DNA from: Planctomycetota bacterium
Lineage (GTDB): Bacteria; Planctomycetota; MHYJ01; WSZJ01
Length of the DNA stretch: 63,902 bases
Assembly (NCBI GenBank): GCA_038060895.1
Contig: JBBTCT010000042.1
Span: 1-63,902 of the forward strand
Direction: 5' to 3'
Shown here: positions 9,260 through 18,261 of the stretch, piece by piece
Layout: each line of letters begins with the position of its first letter
Numbering within the stretch: position 1 is the stretch's first letter
Notes under the pieces: model-generated
Seen by the model: the letters and a program-made list of their open reading frames with translations, nothing else
The model's database searches: none
Told to the model about the DNA's origin: nothing
Made by a program: the position numbers and the translations under genes

Positions 9260-9538
9260 ATGATCGTCTTCCTGATTCCCGGCTACCTCCGGCCATTCAC
9301 GGGTCACCGCCGATCCGTCGAAATCCCGGCAGGCCCGTGCACCGTGGGCGAGGCGCTCGACGCCGTTGGCGCGCAATTCCCGGGCGTCCGGGAGCGCGTC
9401 CTGCTGGAGACGGGCGAAGTTCGCCAGCACGTGAACATCTTCGTGGGTGCGGAGAGCATCCGGTACACCGGCGGGCTGGGGACGCCGGTCCCGGACGGCG
9501 CGGAGATCTCGATTCTCCCGGCGGTTTCGGGCGGGTAG
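9260..9538 (+). CDS. MoaD/ThiS-family ubiquitin-like (sulfur-carrier) protein
   Basis: 92 aa, TVGEALD, HVNIFV, ends in ILPAVSGG. Confidence 0.92.
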   Translation: MIVFLIPGYLRPFTGHRRSVEIPAGPCTVGEALDAVGAQFPGVRERVLLETGEVRQHVNIFVGAESIRYTGGLGTPVPDGAEISILPAVSGG

Positions 9539-9558
9539 GGAGCCGGCGACGAAACGGG

Positions 9559-9605
9559 TTGCACCGGCATCGAACTCCGCATATACTTCGTTAGTTGACG
9601 AAGTA
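9559..9605 (+). promoter_or_regulatory. ars operon sigma70 promoter and ArsR operator
   Basis: TTGCAC-17 nt-TATACT overlapped by the palindrome TACTTCGT-N6-ACGAAGTA. Confidence 0.8.
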
Positions 9606-9617
9606 ACGGAGCGACAA

Positions 9618-9983
9618 ATGAAGGCATTCCTCGCCGTCACCAAAGCCCTCTCGGACGAAACCCGCGTCCGCGCCCTTCTGTCTCTTCGAGAAGGCGAGCT
9701 CTGCCTTTGCCAGATCATCGAATTCCTCAAGCTTGCACCGTCCACGGTCTCGAAGCACATGGACCTCCTTCTCAAGGCCGGCCTCGTCGAGCGGCGAAAG
9801 GCAGGGCGCTGGCATTACTTCCGCCTTGCAGGGCGGGGAATCGGCGCGGAATCGCAGCGGACGCTTCGGTGGGTGCTCGATTCCCTGAAAGGCGAGCGCA
9901 GCGTGAAGGACGACGCCCGCGCGCTCTGCTGCGTCCGCAGAAAGGACCTCGAGGAGGTGAGCGCATGCTACCGGGCCGACTGA
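9618..9983 (+). CDS. arsR: ArsR/SmtB-family repressor
   Basis: KALSDETRVR, ELCLCQI, STVSKH, GRWHYFRL. Confidence 0.92.
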   Translation: MKAFLAVTKALSDETRVRALLSLREGELCLCQIIEFLKLAPSTVSKHMDLLLKAGLVERRKAGRWHYFRLAGRGIGAESQRTLRWVLDSLKGERSVKDDARALCCVRRKDLEEVSACYRAD

Positions 9984-10411
9984 AGGTCCTCTTCCTGTGC
10001 ACCGGCAATTCCTGCCGCAGTCAGATGGCGGAAGGGTGGGCGCGCCGGCTCAAGGCGGATTCCATCGAGGCGTACTCGGCGGGGATCAAGGCGAGCGGCC
10101 TCAACGCGGAGGCGGTCCGCGTGATGGCGGAAGCGGGGGTGGACATTTCCGGGCAGAAGTCGAAAACGGCCGAGGCTCTCCGCGACGTGGCGTTCGACTA
10201 CGTCGTGACGGTGTGCGGGAACGCGCACGAGACCTGCCCCGTGTGGCTCGGGAAGAAGGCGAAGGTCGTTCACGCGGGATTCGACGATCCGCCCGCGCTG
10301 GCGCGGCGGGCAAAGAGCGAAGGGGAAGCGCTGGAGATTTACCGGAGGGTCCGAGACGAGATTGCGACATTTGTCCGGAGCCTGCCTGGCGCATTGACGG
10401 AACGCCCGTAA
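9965..10411 (+). CDS. arsC: Thioredoxin-type (LMW-PTP fold) arsenate reductase
   Basis: VLFLCTGNSCRSQMAEG, VTVC..ETCP, FDDP; SD GGAGG. Confidence 0.92.
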   Translation: MLPGRLKVLFLCTGNSCRSQMAEGWARRLKADSIEAYSAGIKASGLNAEAVRVMAEAGVDISGQKSKTAEALRDVAFDYVVTVCGNAHETCPVWLGKKAKVVHAGFDDPPALARRAKSEGEALEIYRRVRDEIATFVRSLPGALTERP

Positions 10412-10427
10412 CAAAAGGAGGCAGATC

Positions 10428-11303
10428 ATGGGTTGCTGCGACGAACCGAAGCCGGACTACAGGAAGGTCGGGAAGGACATTCACGAGCAGGTACGCGACG
10501 GGTACGCGAAGATCGCTTCGACCGGGGTCCTTTCCACCGCGACGACGCCGCACGGCGGCGGGTGCTGCGGCGGCGTCAGCGCCGAGGACCTGGCCACGCA
10601 GATCGGTTACTCGGCAGACGAGATCCGCGCCCTGCCCGAGGGCGCGAACATGGGTTTGTCGTGCGGCAATCCGACCGCGATCGCCAATCTTAAGCCCGGA
10701 CAGGTCGTCCTCGACCTCGGCTCCGGCGGCGGTTTCGACGTCTTCCTTGCGGGCCCCAAGGTCGGCGCGACAGGACGCGTCATCGGCGTCGACATGACGG
10801 CCGAGATGCTGTCGAAGGCGCGGCGCAACGTCGCCGCCTACCGCAACCGGACCGGACTCGACAACGTCGAATTCCGCCTCGGGGAAATCGAGCACCTGCC
10901 GGTCGCCGACGCGAGCGTTGACGTCGTGATCTCCAATTGCGTCATCAACCTCTCGCCCGACAAGCCCGCCGTCTGGCGCGAGATCGCCCGCGTCCTCAGG
11001 CCCGGCGGCCACGTCGCCGCTTCCGATATGGCCCTCCTGCGACCGCTGCCCGCGTCGGTCGTGCAGATGGTCGAAGCGCTGGTTGGCTGCGTCGCGGGCG
11101 CGGTGCCGGTCGAGGAGTACTGGTCCATGATCGAAGCGGCGGGGTTGGCGGACATTTCGCTGCGGCCGAAGCCGGAATACGTCAAGTCGCTCTCCGATGT
11201 CCAGGACCCGCTCTACAAGGAAATCCTGAAAGCCCTCCCCGCGGGAACTTCCGCAGCGGATTTCATCACCAGCATCGACGTGACGGCACACAGGCCGCGC
11301 TGA
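10428..11303 (+). CDS. arsM: Arsenite methyltransferase
   Basis: [42 protein letters not shown]. Confidence 0.93.
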   Translation: MGCCDEPKPDYRKVGKDIHEQVRDGYAKIASTGVLSTATTPHGGGCCGGVSAEDLATQIGYSADEIRALPEGANMGLSCGNPTAIANLKPGQVVLDLGSGGGFDVFLAGPKVGATGRVIGVDMTAEMLSKARRNVAAYRNRTGLDNVEFRLGEIEHLPVADASVDVVISNCVINLSPDKPAVWREIARVLRPGGHVAASDMALLRPLPASVVQMVEALVGCVAGAVPVEEYWSMIEAAGLADISLRPKPEYVKSLSDVQDPLYKEILKALPAGTSAADFITSIDVTAHRPR

Positions 11304-12008
11304 ATGTCCTTCACGACCGCGATGCCCGAAAGCCCCGCGACTCCTCTCTCCCGCGCCGCCGCGGCCGAAGGAATCGGCACGGCGTTCCTGCTCGTGGCGA
11401 TCGTCGGGTCGGGCATCATGGGCGAACGGCTATCGGGCGGAAGTGTCGGCCTGGCGCTGCTCGCGAATTCGCTCGCGACCGGCGCAGCCCTGATGGCGCT
11501 CGTGGCCGCCTTCGGGCACGCCTCGGGCGCGCACTTCAACCCCGCGGTCACCCTGGTCGAGGCCTGGCGCGGCGCGCTGAAGTGGCCCGCGGCCGCGGCG
11601 TACGTCTCGGCGCAGTTTGCGGGAGCCATGGCCGGTGTGGCTGCCGCCCACGGAATGTTCGGGGGCGCCGTCTTTCGCGTCTCGCTGACCGCGAGGACGG
11701 GCGCAGGCCAGTGGTTCGCGGAATTTGTCGCCACAGTGGGATTGCTGGGGATCATTCGCGGGGTAAGCGCCTCCAGGTCGCTGCTGGCGCCCGTGGCCAT
11801 CGGCGCCTGGATTGCGGGGGCCCTCTGGTTCACGGCCTCGACGTCGTTCGCGAACCCGGCCGTCACGCTGGCGCGCTGCTGGACGGACACGTTCGCGGGA
11901 ATCCGGCCGCTGGATGCTCCGGCGTTCATCGTCGCTCAACTCGCCGGCGCCGTCGCCTCGGCGTTGCTTTGGCCCAGGGTCTTCGGTGAGAAGCAGGTCG
12001 CGGCCTAG
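11304..12008 (+). CDS. MIP/aquaporin-family channel (probable arsenical efflux)
   Basis: SGAHFNPAVT and SFANPAVT NPA motifs; last gene of the ars operon. Confidence 0.9.
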   Translation: MSFTTAMPESPATPLSRAAAAEGIGTAFLLVAIVGSGIMGERLSGGSVGLALLANSLATGAALMALVAAFGHASGAHFNPAVTLVEAWRGALKWPAAAAYVSAQFAGAMAGVAAAHGMFGGAVFRVSLTARTGAGQWFAEFVATVGLLGIIRGVSASRSLLAPVAIGAWIAGALWFTASTSFANPAVTLARCWTDTFAGIRPLDAPAFIVAQLAGAVASALLWPRVFGEKQVAA

Positions 12009-12355
12009 CGCTTCTTCCAGTCCCCGCCCGCGATCCGCTTCGCTCCCGCCGTCGCTTCCGAGGGCATCAGGTAGGCTTCCACCACCCGCCCGTCCTCGAG
12101 AGGGATTCGCTTCCGCTGGAAAAGCGTCGGGACCTCCTCCAGTTCGTCGAGCCGCGCCAGCGTCGCGCCGTCGATTTCCCAGACCTCGCCCTCCACGGCG
12201 ACCCGGCCCCCCGCGACGAGCGTCGGGTACGGGCCCAGGTCCGCGAGTTCGAACGCGGGAATCGTCCGGCCTTCGCCCGCGAACGTCGCGCCGGCGAGAA
12301 GCGCGTGGTTGCGCTCGCCGCGGAGCAGGGTGCCGTAGACGAACACGAGGGGCAC
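12005..12355 (-). CDS. Gamma-glutamylcyclotransferase (AIG2-like)
   Basis: VFVYGTL, GPYP, VEGEV, LDELE. Confidence 0.9.
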   Translation of the reverse strand: MPLVFVYGTLLRGERNHALLAGATFAGEGRTIPAFELADLGPYPTLVAGGRVAVEGEVWEIDGATLARLDELEEVPTLFQRKRIPLEDGRVVEAYLMPSEATAGAKRIAGGDWKKR

Positions 12356-12357
12356 CG

Positions 12358-12888
12358 CTACTTCTTCACCAGGCCGCCGAGCGTTTCCTCGAACAGCGAC
12401 AGCGCACGGAAATCGGGAAGCACGACCACGACTCGCGCCGGCGCGCCGTCTTCCTTGAGGCGCTTCACGATGGCCCCGAGAAGCGCCTTCGCACACAGAT
12501 CCATCGGGACGCCGAAGACGCCGGTGGACAAGGCGGGAATCGCGATGCTCTGGATACCGTTTTTCGAAGCCAGGTTGAGGGCCGCTTCGGTCGCCGAGGC
12601 GATCTTCTCGTCCTCCTCGCCTTCGCCCATTTTCGGGCCGACGGCGTGAATCACGTACTTGCAGGCCAGCTCACCGGCGCCCGTGATTGCGGCGTTTCCG
12701 ACGGAGCAGCCGCCGATCGCGTCGCATTCCCGCTGGATCATGGGGCCGCCCTTGCGCGCGATCGCGCCGGCGACGCCCGCGCCGAGCTTCAGCAGGTGGT
12801 TGGCGGGGTTCACGATCGCCTCGACGTCGCATTCGGTCAGGTCGCCCTGAGCGAGTTCGAGCTCGGATTCGTAGATGCGCACTTGCAC
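12358..12888 (-). CDS. Macro-domain protein
   Basis: QGDLT, AIVNPAN, GAGVAGAI, VIHAVGP, IPALSTGVFG. Confidence 0.93.
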   Translation of the reverse strand: MQVRIYESELELAQGDLTECDVEAIVNPANHLLKLGAGVAGAIARKGGPMIQRECDAIGGCSVGNAAITGAGELACKYVIHAVGPKMGEGEEDEKIASATEAALNLASKNGIQSIAIPALSTGVFGVPMDLCAKALLGAIVKRLKEDGAPARVVVVLPDFRALSLFEETLGGLVKK

Positions 12889-12891
12889 GGG

Positions 12892-13470
12892 TCAGTGTCC
12901 TTTCGTGAAGCGGGAGATTTCGAGGCCTTTGCCGATGGGGAGGGTGAGGGATTCGACGCCGGGCAGGGCGCGAACGTGGGCGACGTAGTCCTTGAGGTCG
13001 TGAGACAGGATGTTGTCGGCGGCGACGAGGGCGCCGGCGGAGAGCCTGAGCATGCCGAGAAACCGGACATAGTCGTCCTTTTCACAGTCGATGAGGACGA
13101 AGTCGCTTTCACCGCACCGCGGGATGAGCACGGCGGCGTCGCCGAGGAGGAAGTCCACGCGATCGGCGAGGCCGACTTCCTGAATCGTCCGCTTCGCCTC
13201 ATCCTGTCTCTTCGGCTCCAGCTCGATCGACGCGAGGCGTCCCCCGCTCCGGCGCGCGGCTTCGGCAAGCGCGATCGTGGAGAGGCCAGAGGACCCGCCG
13301 ATTTCGAGTATCCGTTTCGCGCCGACTCCCGAGGCCATGGCGCACAGGACCAGCGCGCTGTCGGGTTCCAGGTTGCGGTGGCGCTCTCCCTGGGGAAGTT
13401 TCTTCCCGTCCTGGTCGAGCTTTCGCTTCCAGAGCCGGTCGATCGCCGCCTGCTGCGCGGTGGAAAACAT
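12892..13470 (-). CDS. O-methyltransferase (Methyltransf_3-like)
   Basis: RILEIGGSSGLS, DFVLIDCEK, VAADN. Confidence 0.88.
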   Translation of the reverse strand: MFSTAQQAAIDRLWKRKLDQDGKKLPQGERHRNLEPDSALVLCAMASGVGAKRILEIGGSSGLSTIALAEAARRSGGRLASIELEPKRQDEAKRTIQEVGLADRVDFLLGDAAVLIPRCGESDFVLIDCEKDDYVRFLGMLRLSAGALVAADNILSHDLKDYVAHVRALPGVESLTLPIGKGLEISRFTKGH

Positions 13471-13518
13471 GGGCGCATGATAGGACCCGGGCGGCGCAGG
13501 CCCAAAAGGAAGCGGTCG

Positions 13519-14694
13519 CTACTTCTTGAGGCGGAAGAACACCTCGCAGGCCTCGAGCCACAATCCGACGTCGCCGTCGGCTTTCATGCGGCCGATTTCG
13601 TTCCCGTTCACCGAGAGAACTGCGTCGGCTCCGTCGATGCGGTACGACGCAACCGGGCACGCGATCGCCTTGTCGATTTCCGCGGCCGCCAGCGTCTTCC
13701 AGATTCCCTTGTCCCAGCGCACGATCGCTGCGCGTCCGGCGGAAACCTGCAGGGTGACGTAGTCGTCCTTGGACCTGAAGTTGAACATGAATCCTGCCTT
13801 CAGGCTGCCCAGCTTCAGTTCGATCTCGGCTTCGAGGGAGGCGGGCGCGGTCCGGAACAACGCGCCGCACCCTGTTTTCGACTTGCCCTCGATCGCGTTT
13901 CCCCGCTCCTGCCAGCTCTGCCAGAAGATTCGAAGCGGCTGCTGGTGCGAGGCGAGCCAATCCTTGAAGGACTTGACGAACTCGGGGCCCGTTTTCCCGA
14001 AGGACTTCTCCCACGCTTTCGCCGGGGATTTTCGGGCGTCGAGTTGCGCGGCCAGATTTTTCCAGCGTGCTTCGTGGTTGTTGACCAGGAAGTGCACCAG
14101 CGCCCAGCCGACCGGGCGTTCGCACGCGACCGTCCCTTTCGCGATGCCTTCGAGATCCTCCTTGAGATCTCCGAACTGCTTGAGCGCCTGCGCGGGGTAG
14201 TCCTCGAGCGACGCCGCCGGTATGACCCCCGTCCGGAGTTCCTTCCCGTTCCAGTTGTGCATTCCAAAATACTCGGCCATCCCTTCCGTGTACCACGCGG
14301 CCGGCGGCGCGCTGTTGCCGGCCGCGGTCAGCAGGTGGAACTGGTGCGTCCCCTCGTGCAGGATCAGCTGCCGCGTCCAGTACTCGCTCGGCTGAACGTA
14401 CAGGTACCCCTTCTTCGTCTCCGGCGCATAAAACCCGCCCGCCTCAACCGTCGCTACCTTGTCCCGCTTCAGCGCCTCCTGGAAGCCCTCGAAGGTCGAG
14501 TAGACCTCGATGCGCAGGCGCTCTCTGGGCGCGCGGCCAAAGTACTTCGACAGGTGGGCGTGAAGCGCCTCCAGCATCGCGCCGGCGTCCTGCGCGTCGA
14601 TCGATTCCGCGTAGAGGTCATAGTGCGCGGTCTTGAGCTCGGCGCCCGGTGGAGGACATGCCAGGAAGGTCAGGGCGATCAGGGGCAGGATCAT
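13519..14694 (-). CDS. Secreted HExxH metallopeptidase-like protein (DUF1570/peptidase MA-like), paralog 1
   Basis: AGGFY, ILHEGTHQF, WYTEGMAEYF; signal-like N-terminus. Confidence 0.8.
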   Translation of the reverse strand: MILPLIALTFLACPPPGAELKTAHYDLYAESIDAQDAGAMLEALHAHLSKYFGRAPRERLRIEVYSTFEGFQEALKRDKVATVEAGGFYAPETKKGYLYVQPSEYWTRQLILHEGTHQFHLLTAAGNSAPPAAWYTEGMAEYFGMHNWNGKELRTGVIPAASLEDYPAQALKQFGDLKEDLEGIAKGTVACERPVGWALVHFLVNNHEARWKNLAAQLDARKSPAKAWEKSFGKTGPEFVKSFKDWLASHQQPLRIFWQSWQERGNAIEGKSKTGCGALFRTAPASLEAEIELKLGSLKAGFMFNFRSKDDYVTLQVSAGRAAIVRWDKGIWKTLAAAEIDKAIACPVASYRIDGADAVLSVNGNEIGRMKADGDVGLWLEACEVFFRLKK

Positions 14695-14720
14695 GATGAA
14701 GTTGTATCCGATGGACCCGC

Positions 14721-15914
14721 TCAGCGCTTCACACGGAAACGCGCGCAGCAGCCTTCGACGTTCAGGCCGACGTCTCCGTCGAGAGCGGCCCGGTAGATTT
14801 CCTGCCCGTTCGCCGACAGAACCGCTTCGTCGCCTTCGTGTCGAAATGACACTAATGGCTTCTCGAGCACTGAAATTTCCGCCGAGGCGAGCCGTTTCCA
14901 CTCCCCGTTCTCGCGCTTCACGACGCGGGCGGTGGCGCCGAGGACCTGGAAGAGGCAGTAGGTGTCGTTGCCGCGGTGGTTGAAGGCGATCCCGGCCTTG
15001 AGGTCGCCGGAAACAAGTTCGATTTCGCAGTCGAATGATGCCGGCGCTTCCTTGAAGAATGCCGCCGACACGACCGCGCCTTTTCCCTCAAGGAGTTCGC
15101 CGCGTTCCTGCCAAGCGATCCAGGCGACGCGCATTGGCTGCTGGTGGGCGTCGATCCATCCGCGGAGTTCGCGGCCGAGATCCGGGCCGGCTTCGCCGCA
15201 GGCATTGGCCCAGGCGGTGGACGGGAGTTCTCCGTCATCGAGCCGGCCGGAGAGCGCGCTCCACCAGGCGGGGCGCGCGTTGACGAGGTAGTGGACCAGC
15301 GCCCACGCGAGCGGGCGGTCGCAGCGCGACAGCCCCAGCGCGACGGCCGCGGCGTCGTCGTCAAGCTCGGCGAGTTGCCCTGAAGCCTTTGCGGGGTAAT
15401 CCTCGAGCGACAGGGCCGGGACGACGCCGGTCCGAAGGGTTGTCCCGTCCCAGTTGTGCATTCCGAAGTACTCGGCGAGTCCCTCCGTGTACCACTCGGC
15501 GGCTGGACCGGTGTTTCCGGTCGCGGAGAGGAAGTGAAACTGGTGAGTCGCCTCGTGGATGAGAAGTTGCCGCGTGAAATACTCGCTCGGCTGCACGAAC
15601 AGGTAGGCCTTCTTCGTCCCCGGCGCGTAGTAGCCGCCGGCATCCACCTGCCACTGGTTGTCCCGGCCGAGAGCCGCCTTCATCGCGGCCTTCGTTGCAA
15701 AGATCTCGACGCGCAGGCGGCCGCCGGGCGACGAGCCGAAATAGGCGGCGAGCTGGTCCCAGAGCGCGTCGAGAACGGCGGCCGATTCTGCCGCTCCGGG
15801 CGATTCGGAGTAGACGTCGTAGTGCGCGGACTTCACCTCGACGCCAGGCGCGACCTGCGCCATTGCGGGCAGGGCGGCGAGCGCCAACGCCGCGGCCGGG
15901 AGGCATCGGAGCAT
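14721..15914 (-). CDS. Secreted HExxH metallopeptidase-like protein, paralog 2
   Basis: AGGYY, LIHEATHQF, WYTEGLAEYF; collinear with the neighbouring gene. Confidence 0.8.
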   Translation of the reverse strand: MLRCLPAAALALAALPAMAQVAPGVEVKSAHYDVYSESPGAAESAAVLDALWDQLAAYFGSSPGGRLRVEIFATKAAMKAALGRDNQWQVDAGGYYAPGTKKAYLFVQPSEYFTRQLLIHEATHQFHFLSATGNTGPAAEWYTEGLAEYFGMHNWDGTTLRTGVVPALSLEDYPAKASGQLAELDDDAAAVALGLSRCDRPLAWALVHYLVNARPAWWSALSGRLDDGELPSTAWANACGEAGPDLGRELRGWIDAHQQPMRVAWIAWQERGELLEGKGAVVSAAFFKEAPASFDCEIELVSGDLKAGIAFNHRGNDTYCLFQVLGATARVVKRENGEWKRLASAEISVLEKPLVSFRHEGDEAVLSANGQEIYRAALDGDVGLNVEGCCARFRVKR

Positions 15915-17002
15915 CAGGCGAGCGCTTCGCCTAGCAGCCGGTGGAACTGGTGCACTCCGGCTTCCCAGCGGGGCGAGTATCGGCCGCGCGAGTAGAAACG
16001 CGAGCGGACGCCGCGCTGGACCGCTTCAACGATCGCCTCATCCTCGCGTTCGACGCGGTCGAGCCCGGCGCCGGCGCCGGTATTCAGGCGCGCGCGATCC
16101 CAGACCCACGTCGAGTAGGAAACGCGCGTGCGATCTGGGGCGAGCGGGACGACGACGTTGGCGGAAAGTCCCCACGGGTAGAAATTCAGCATGGTGTTGG
16201 GGAAGAGCCACCAGTAGTAGGCCGCGACGGAACGGCCGTGGTCGGGGGAGGCGGCGGGGAGGCGGAAGGCGTCGCCGGGGGAAGCGGCGATGCCGAGCTG
16301 GAGGTTGCCCCAGCGGAAGAGCTCGGTGGCGTAGTCGTCGGGGTTGAGGACGGCGTTGAGGGACGCGTGCACGAAGGGGACGTGGAAGCCCTCGAGGTAG
16401 TTCTCGACGTAGAGCGCCCAGTTGGCGGCGACGAGGTAATCGCGGGAGAGCGCGGGGTCGTGCACGAACTGGTCGAGCGGGAGCCAGGAGAGGCGCTTGA
16501 GCATCGGTCCCGCCCATTCCTCAAATGAGCAGGCCGGGGAAGCCGATGCAAATAAAAACTGCGACCAGGCGCCGCAGGGAACGCGCGGCAGGTCGTCCGC
16601 GGCGGAAGGGAAGTCCTTCGCGCCTTCGAATCCGGGCGTCGAAAGGAATTTGCCGTCGAGCGAAAACTTGCGCCCGTGGTAGCGACACTTCATCTGCGCG
16701 CCGTGCATATCCCCTTCACAAAGCAGGTTGCCGCGGTGCGTGCAGACGTTGGACAGGAGCTGAACGTGGTCTCCGGTGTCGCGCGTGAGGAGCAACGGCT
16801 CATCGAGGCAACCCTGGAGGAGCGTGACCGGCGATGCCGTCCCCGGCGTCTTGACCCGGTCGGAGTCGCCGATGAACTGCCACGACCGAGGAAAGACCTT
16901 CTCTCGTGCCGCGTCAAACCACCGGGAATCGCGGTAGAAATCCGCGTGCATCGTCTTCGCGCAGGAAATGTCGCCGGAGGAAGGGAAAGGCGTCTCGCTC
17001 AT
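15914..17002 (-). CDS. Rieske oxygenase alpha subunit (choline monooxygenase-like)
   Basis: NVCTHRG...CRYHG Rieske motif; ENYLEGFHVPFVH mononuclear Fe site. Confidence 0.9.
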   Translation of the reverse strand: MSETPFPSSGDISCAKTMHADFYRDSRWFDAAREKVFPRSWQFIGDSDRVKTPGTASPVTLLQGCLDEPLLLTRDTGDHVQLLSNVCTHRGNLLCEGDMHGAQMKCRYHGRKFSLDGKFLSTPGFEGAKDFPSAADDLPRVPCGAWSQFLFASASPACSFEEWAGPMLKRLSWLPLDQFVHDPALSRDYLVAANWALYVENYLEGFHVPFVHASLNAVLNPDDYATELFRWGNLQLGIAASPGDAFRLPAASPDHGRSVAAYYWWLFPNTMLNFYPWGLSANVVVPLAPDRTRVSYSTWVWDRARLNTGAGAGLDRVEREDEAIVEAVQRGVRSRFYSRGRYSPRWEAGVHQFHRLLGEALA

Positions 17003-17076
17003 GCGCAGGAGTCTAGGGGATTCGCGAGGGGCGCGGCTGCAGAATCGTCGCCGGGGTCTGGTCTAATGGGAGGGAG

Positions 17077-18261
17077 ATGAACGCTTCGCCCCCTCTGACG
17101 ATCCTCCATGTGGACATGGACGCCTTCTACGCGGCGGTCGAGGTGCTCGATCATCCGGAACTGCGCGGGAAGCCCGTGATCGTGGGCGGGCCGTCGAAAT
17201 CAAGGGGAGTGGTGTCGAGCGCGACGTACGAAGCGCGGAAGTTCGGCGTACGGTCGGCGATGCCTTCGTCCCAGGCGGCAAGGCTGTGCCCGCAGGGGGT
17301 GTTCATGCCGGTGCGGATGGAGCGGTACTCGGAAATCTCGCTCGAAGTCATGCGGATCTTCCGGTCGTTCACACCGCTGGTCGAGCCCCTGTCGCTGGAC
17401 GAGGCCTTCCTTGACGTAGCGGGGGCGGAGAGGCTGTTCGGGGACGGTCCGGCGATCGGGAGGAAGATCAAGGAGCGCATTCGCGCGGACCTCGGGCTCG
17501 TCGCGTCGGTCGGAGTTTCCTACGTGAAGTACCTGGCGAAGCTCGCGAGCGACCTCGAAAAGCCGGACGGTTTCGTGATCATCCGTCCGGAAGACGTGGA
17601 TCGCCGCCTCCCGCCTCTTCCGATCACCCGCCTCTGGGGCGTCGGGCCGAAGACGGCGACGCGGCTGGAGGCCCTGGGCCTGCGAACGATCGGCCACGTC
17701 CGCGCGGCGGGGGAGGAGCGCCTCGCGCGCGAGCTGGGCGACTTCGGCGTCCACATCTCGCGACTTTCCCGCGGCGAGGACGACCGGCGCGTCGAGCCGG
17801 CATGGGACGCGCGGTCGATCGGCGCGGAGCGCACGTTCGAGCGAGACCTCTCCGCGATCCCGGCAATGGAACGCGAGCTCCTCGAAATCGCCGAGGAGGT
17901 CGGTTCCCGCCTCCGCGCCGACGCCGTCGCCGCCCGGACCGTCCAGATCAAGGTGCGCTTCCACGACTTCCGCACCATCACCCGCTCGAAGACCCTGGAG
18001 CGCCCGACGGACATCACGCGCGAAATCTTCGACGTCGCCCGCGGGTTGATGAAGGAGAAGGCGGGAGTGAAGGGCGCCCGTGTGCGGCTCCTCGGGATCC
18101 AGGGACAGAACCTCGCACCGGCCGGGGCGGGGCAGGGGACGCTCTTCGGCGAACGGGAACGCGCGAAGGAGCGGAGGCTCGACAAGGTAATTGACGCGCT
18201 GCGTCAAAAGATGGGTGACGACGCCGTCGTCCGGGCCCGCACGCGCGAGAACCCATCATGA
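17077..18261 (+). CDS. dinB: DNA polymerase IV
   Basis: HVDMDAFYAAVE, YEARKFGVRSAM, SLDEAFLD, AKLASDLEKPDG. Confidence 0.96.
   Translation: MNASPPLTILHVDMDAFYAAVEVLDHPELRGKPVIVGGPSKSRGVVSSATYEARKFGVRSAMPSSQAARLCPQGVFMPVRMERYSEISLEVMRIFRSFTPLVEPLSLDEAFLDVAGAERLFGDGPAIGRKIKERIRADLGLVASVGVSYVKYLAKLASDLEKPDGFVIIRPEDVDRRLPPLPITRLWGVGPKTATRLEALGLRTIGHVRAAGEERLARELGDFGVHISRLSRGEDDRRVEPAWDARSIGAERTFERDLSAIPAMERELLEIAEEVGSRLRADAVAARTVQIKVRFHDFRTITRSKTLERPTDITREIFDVARGLMKEKAGVKGARVRLLGIQGQNLAPAGAGQGTLFGERERAKERRLDKVIDALRQKMGDDAVVRARTRENPS

Noticed and set aside
11301-11306. arsM TGA followed immediately in frame by the MIP ATG (possible readthrough fusion)
   Set aside because: Both proteins are complete, the TGA is not at a Cys motif, and a normal start follows.
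12886-12894. O-methyltransferase TGA in frame with the macro-domain gene
   Set aside because: Both domains are complete, and an SD-like AAGGA plus GTG start is present; this is an ordinary operon junction.
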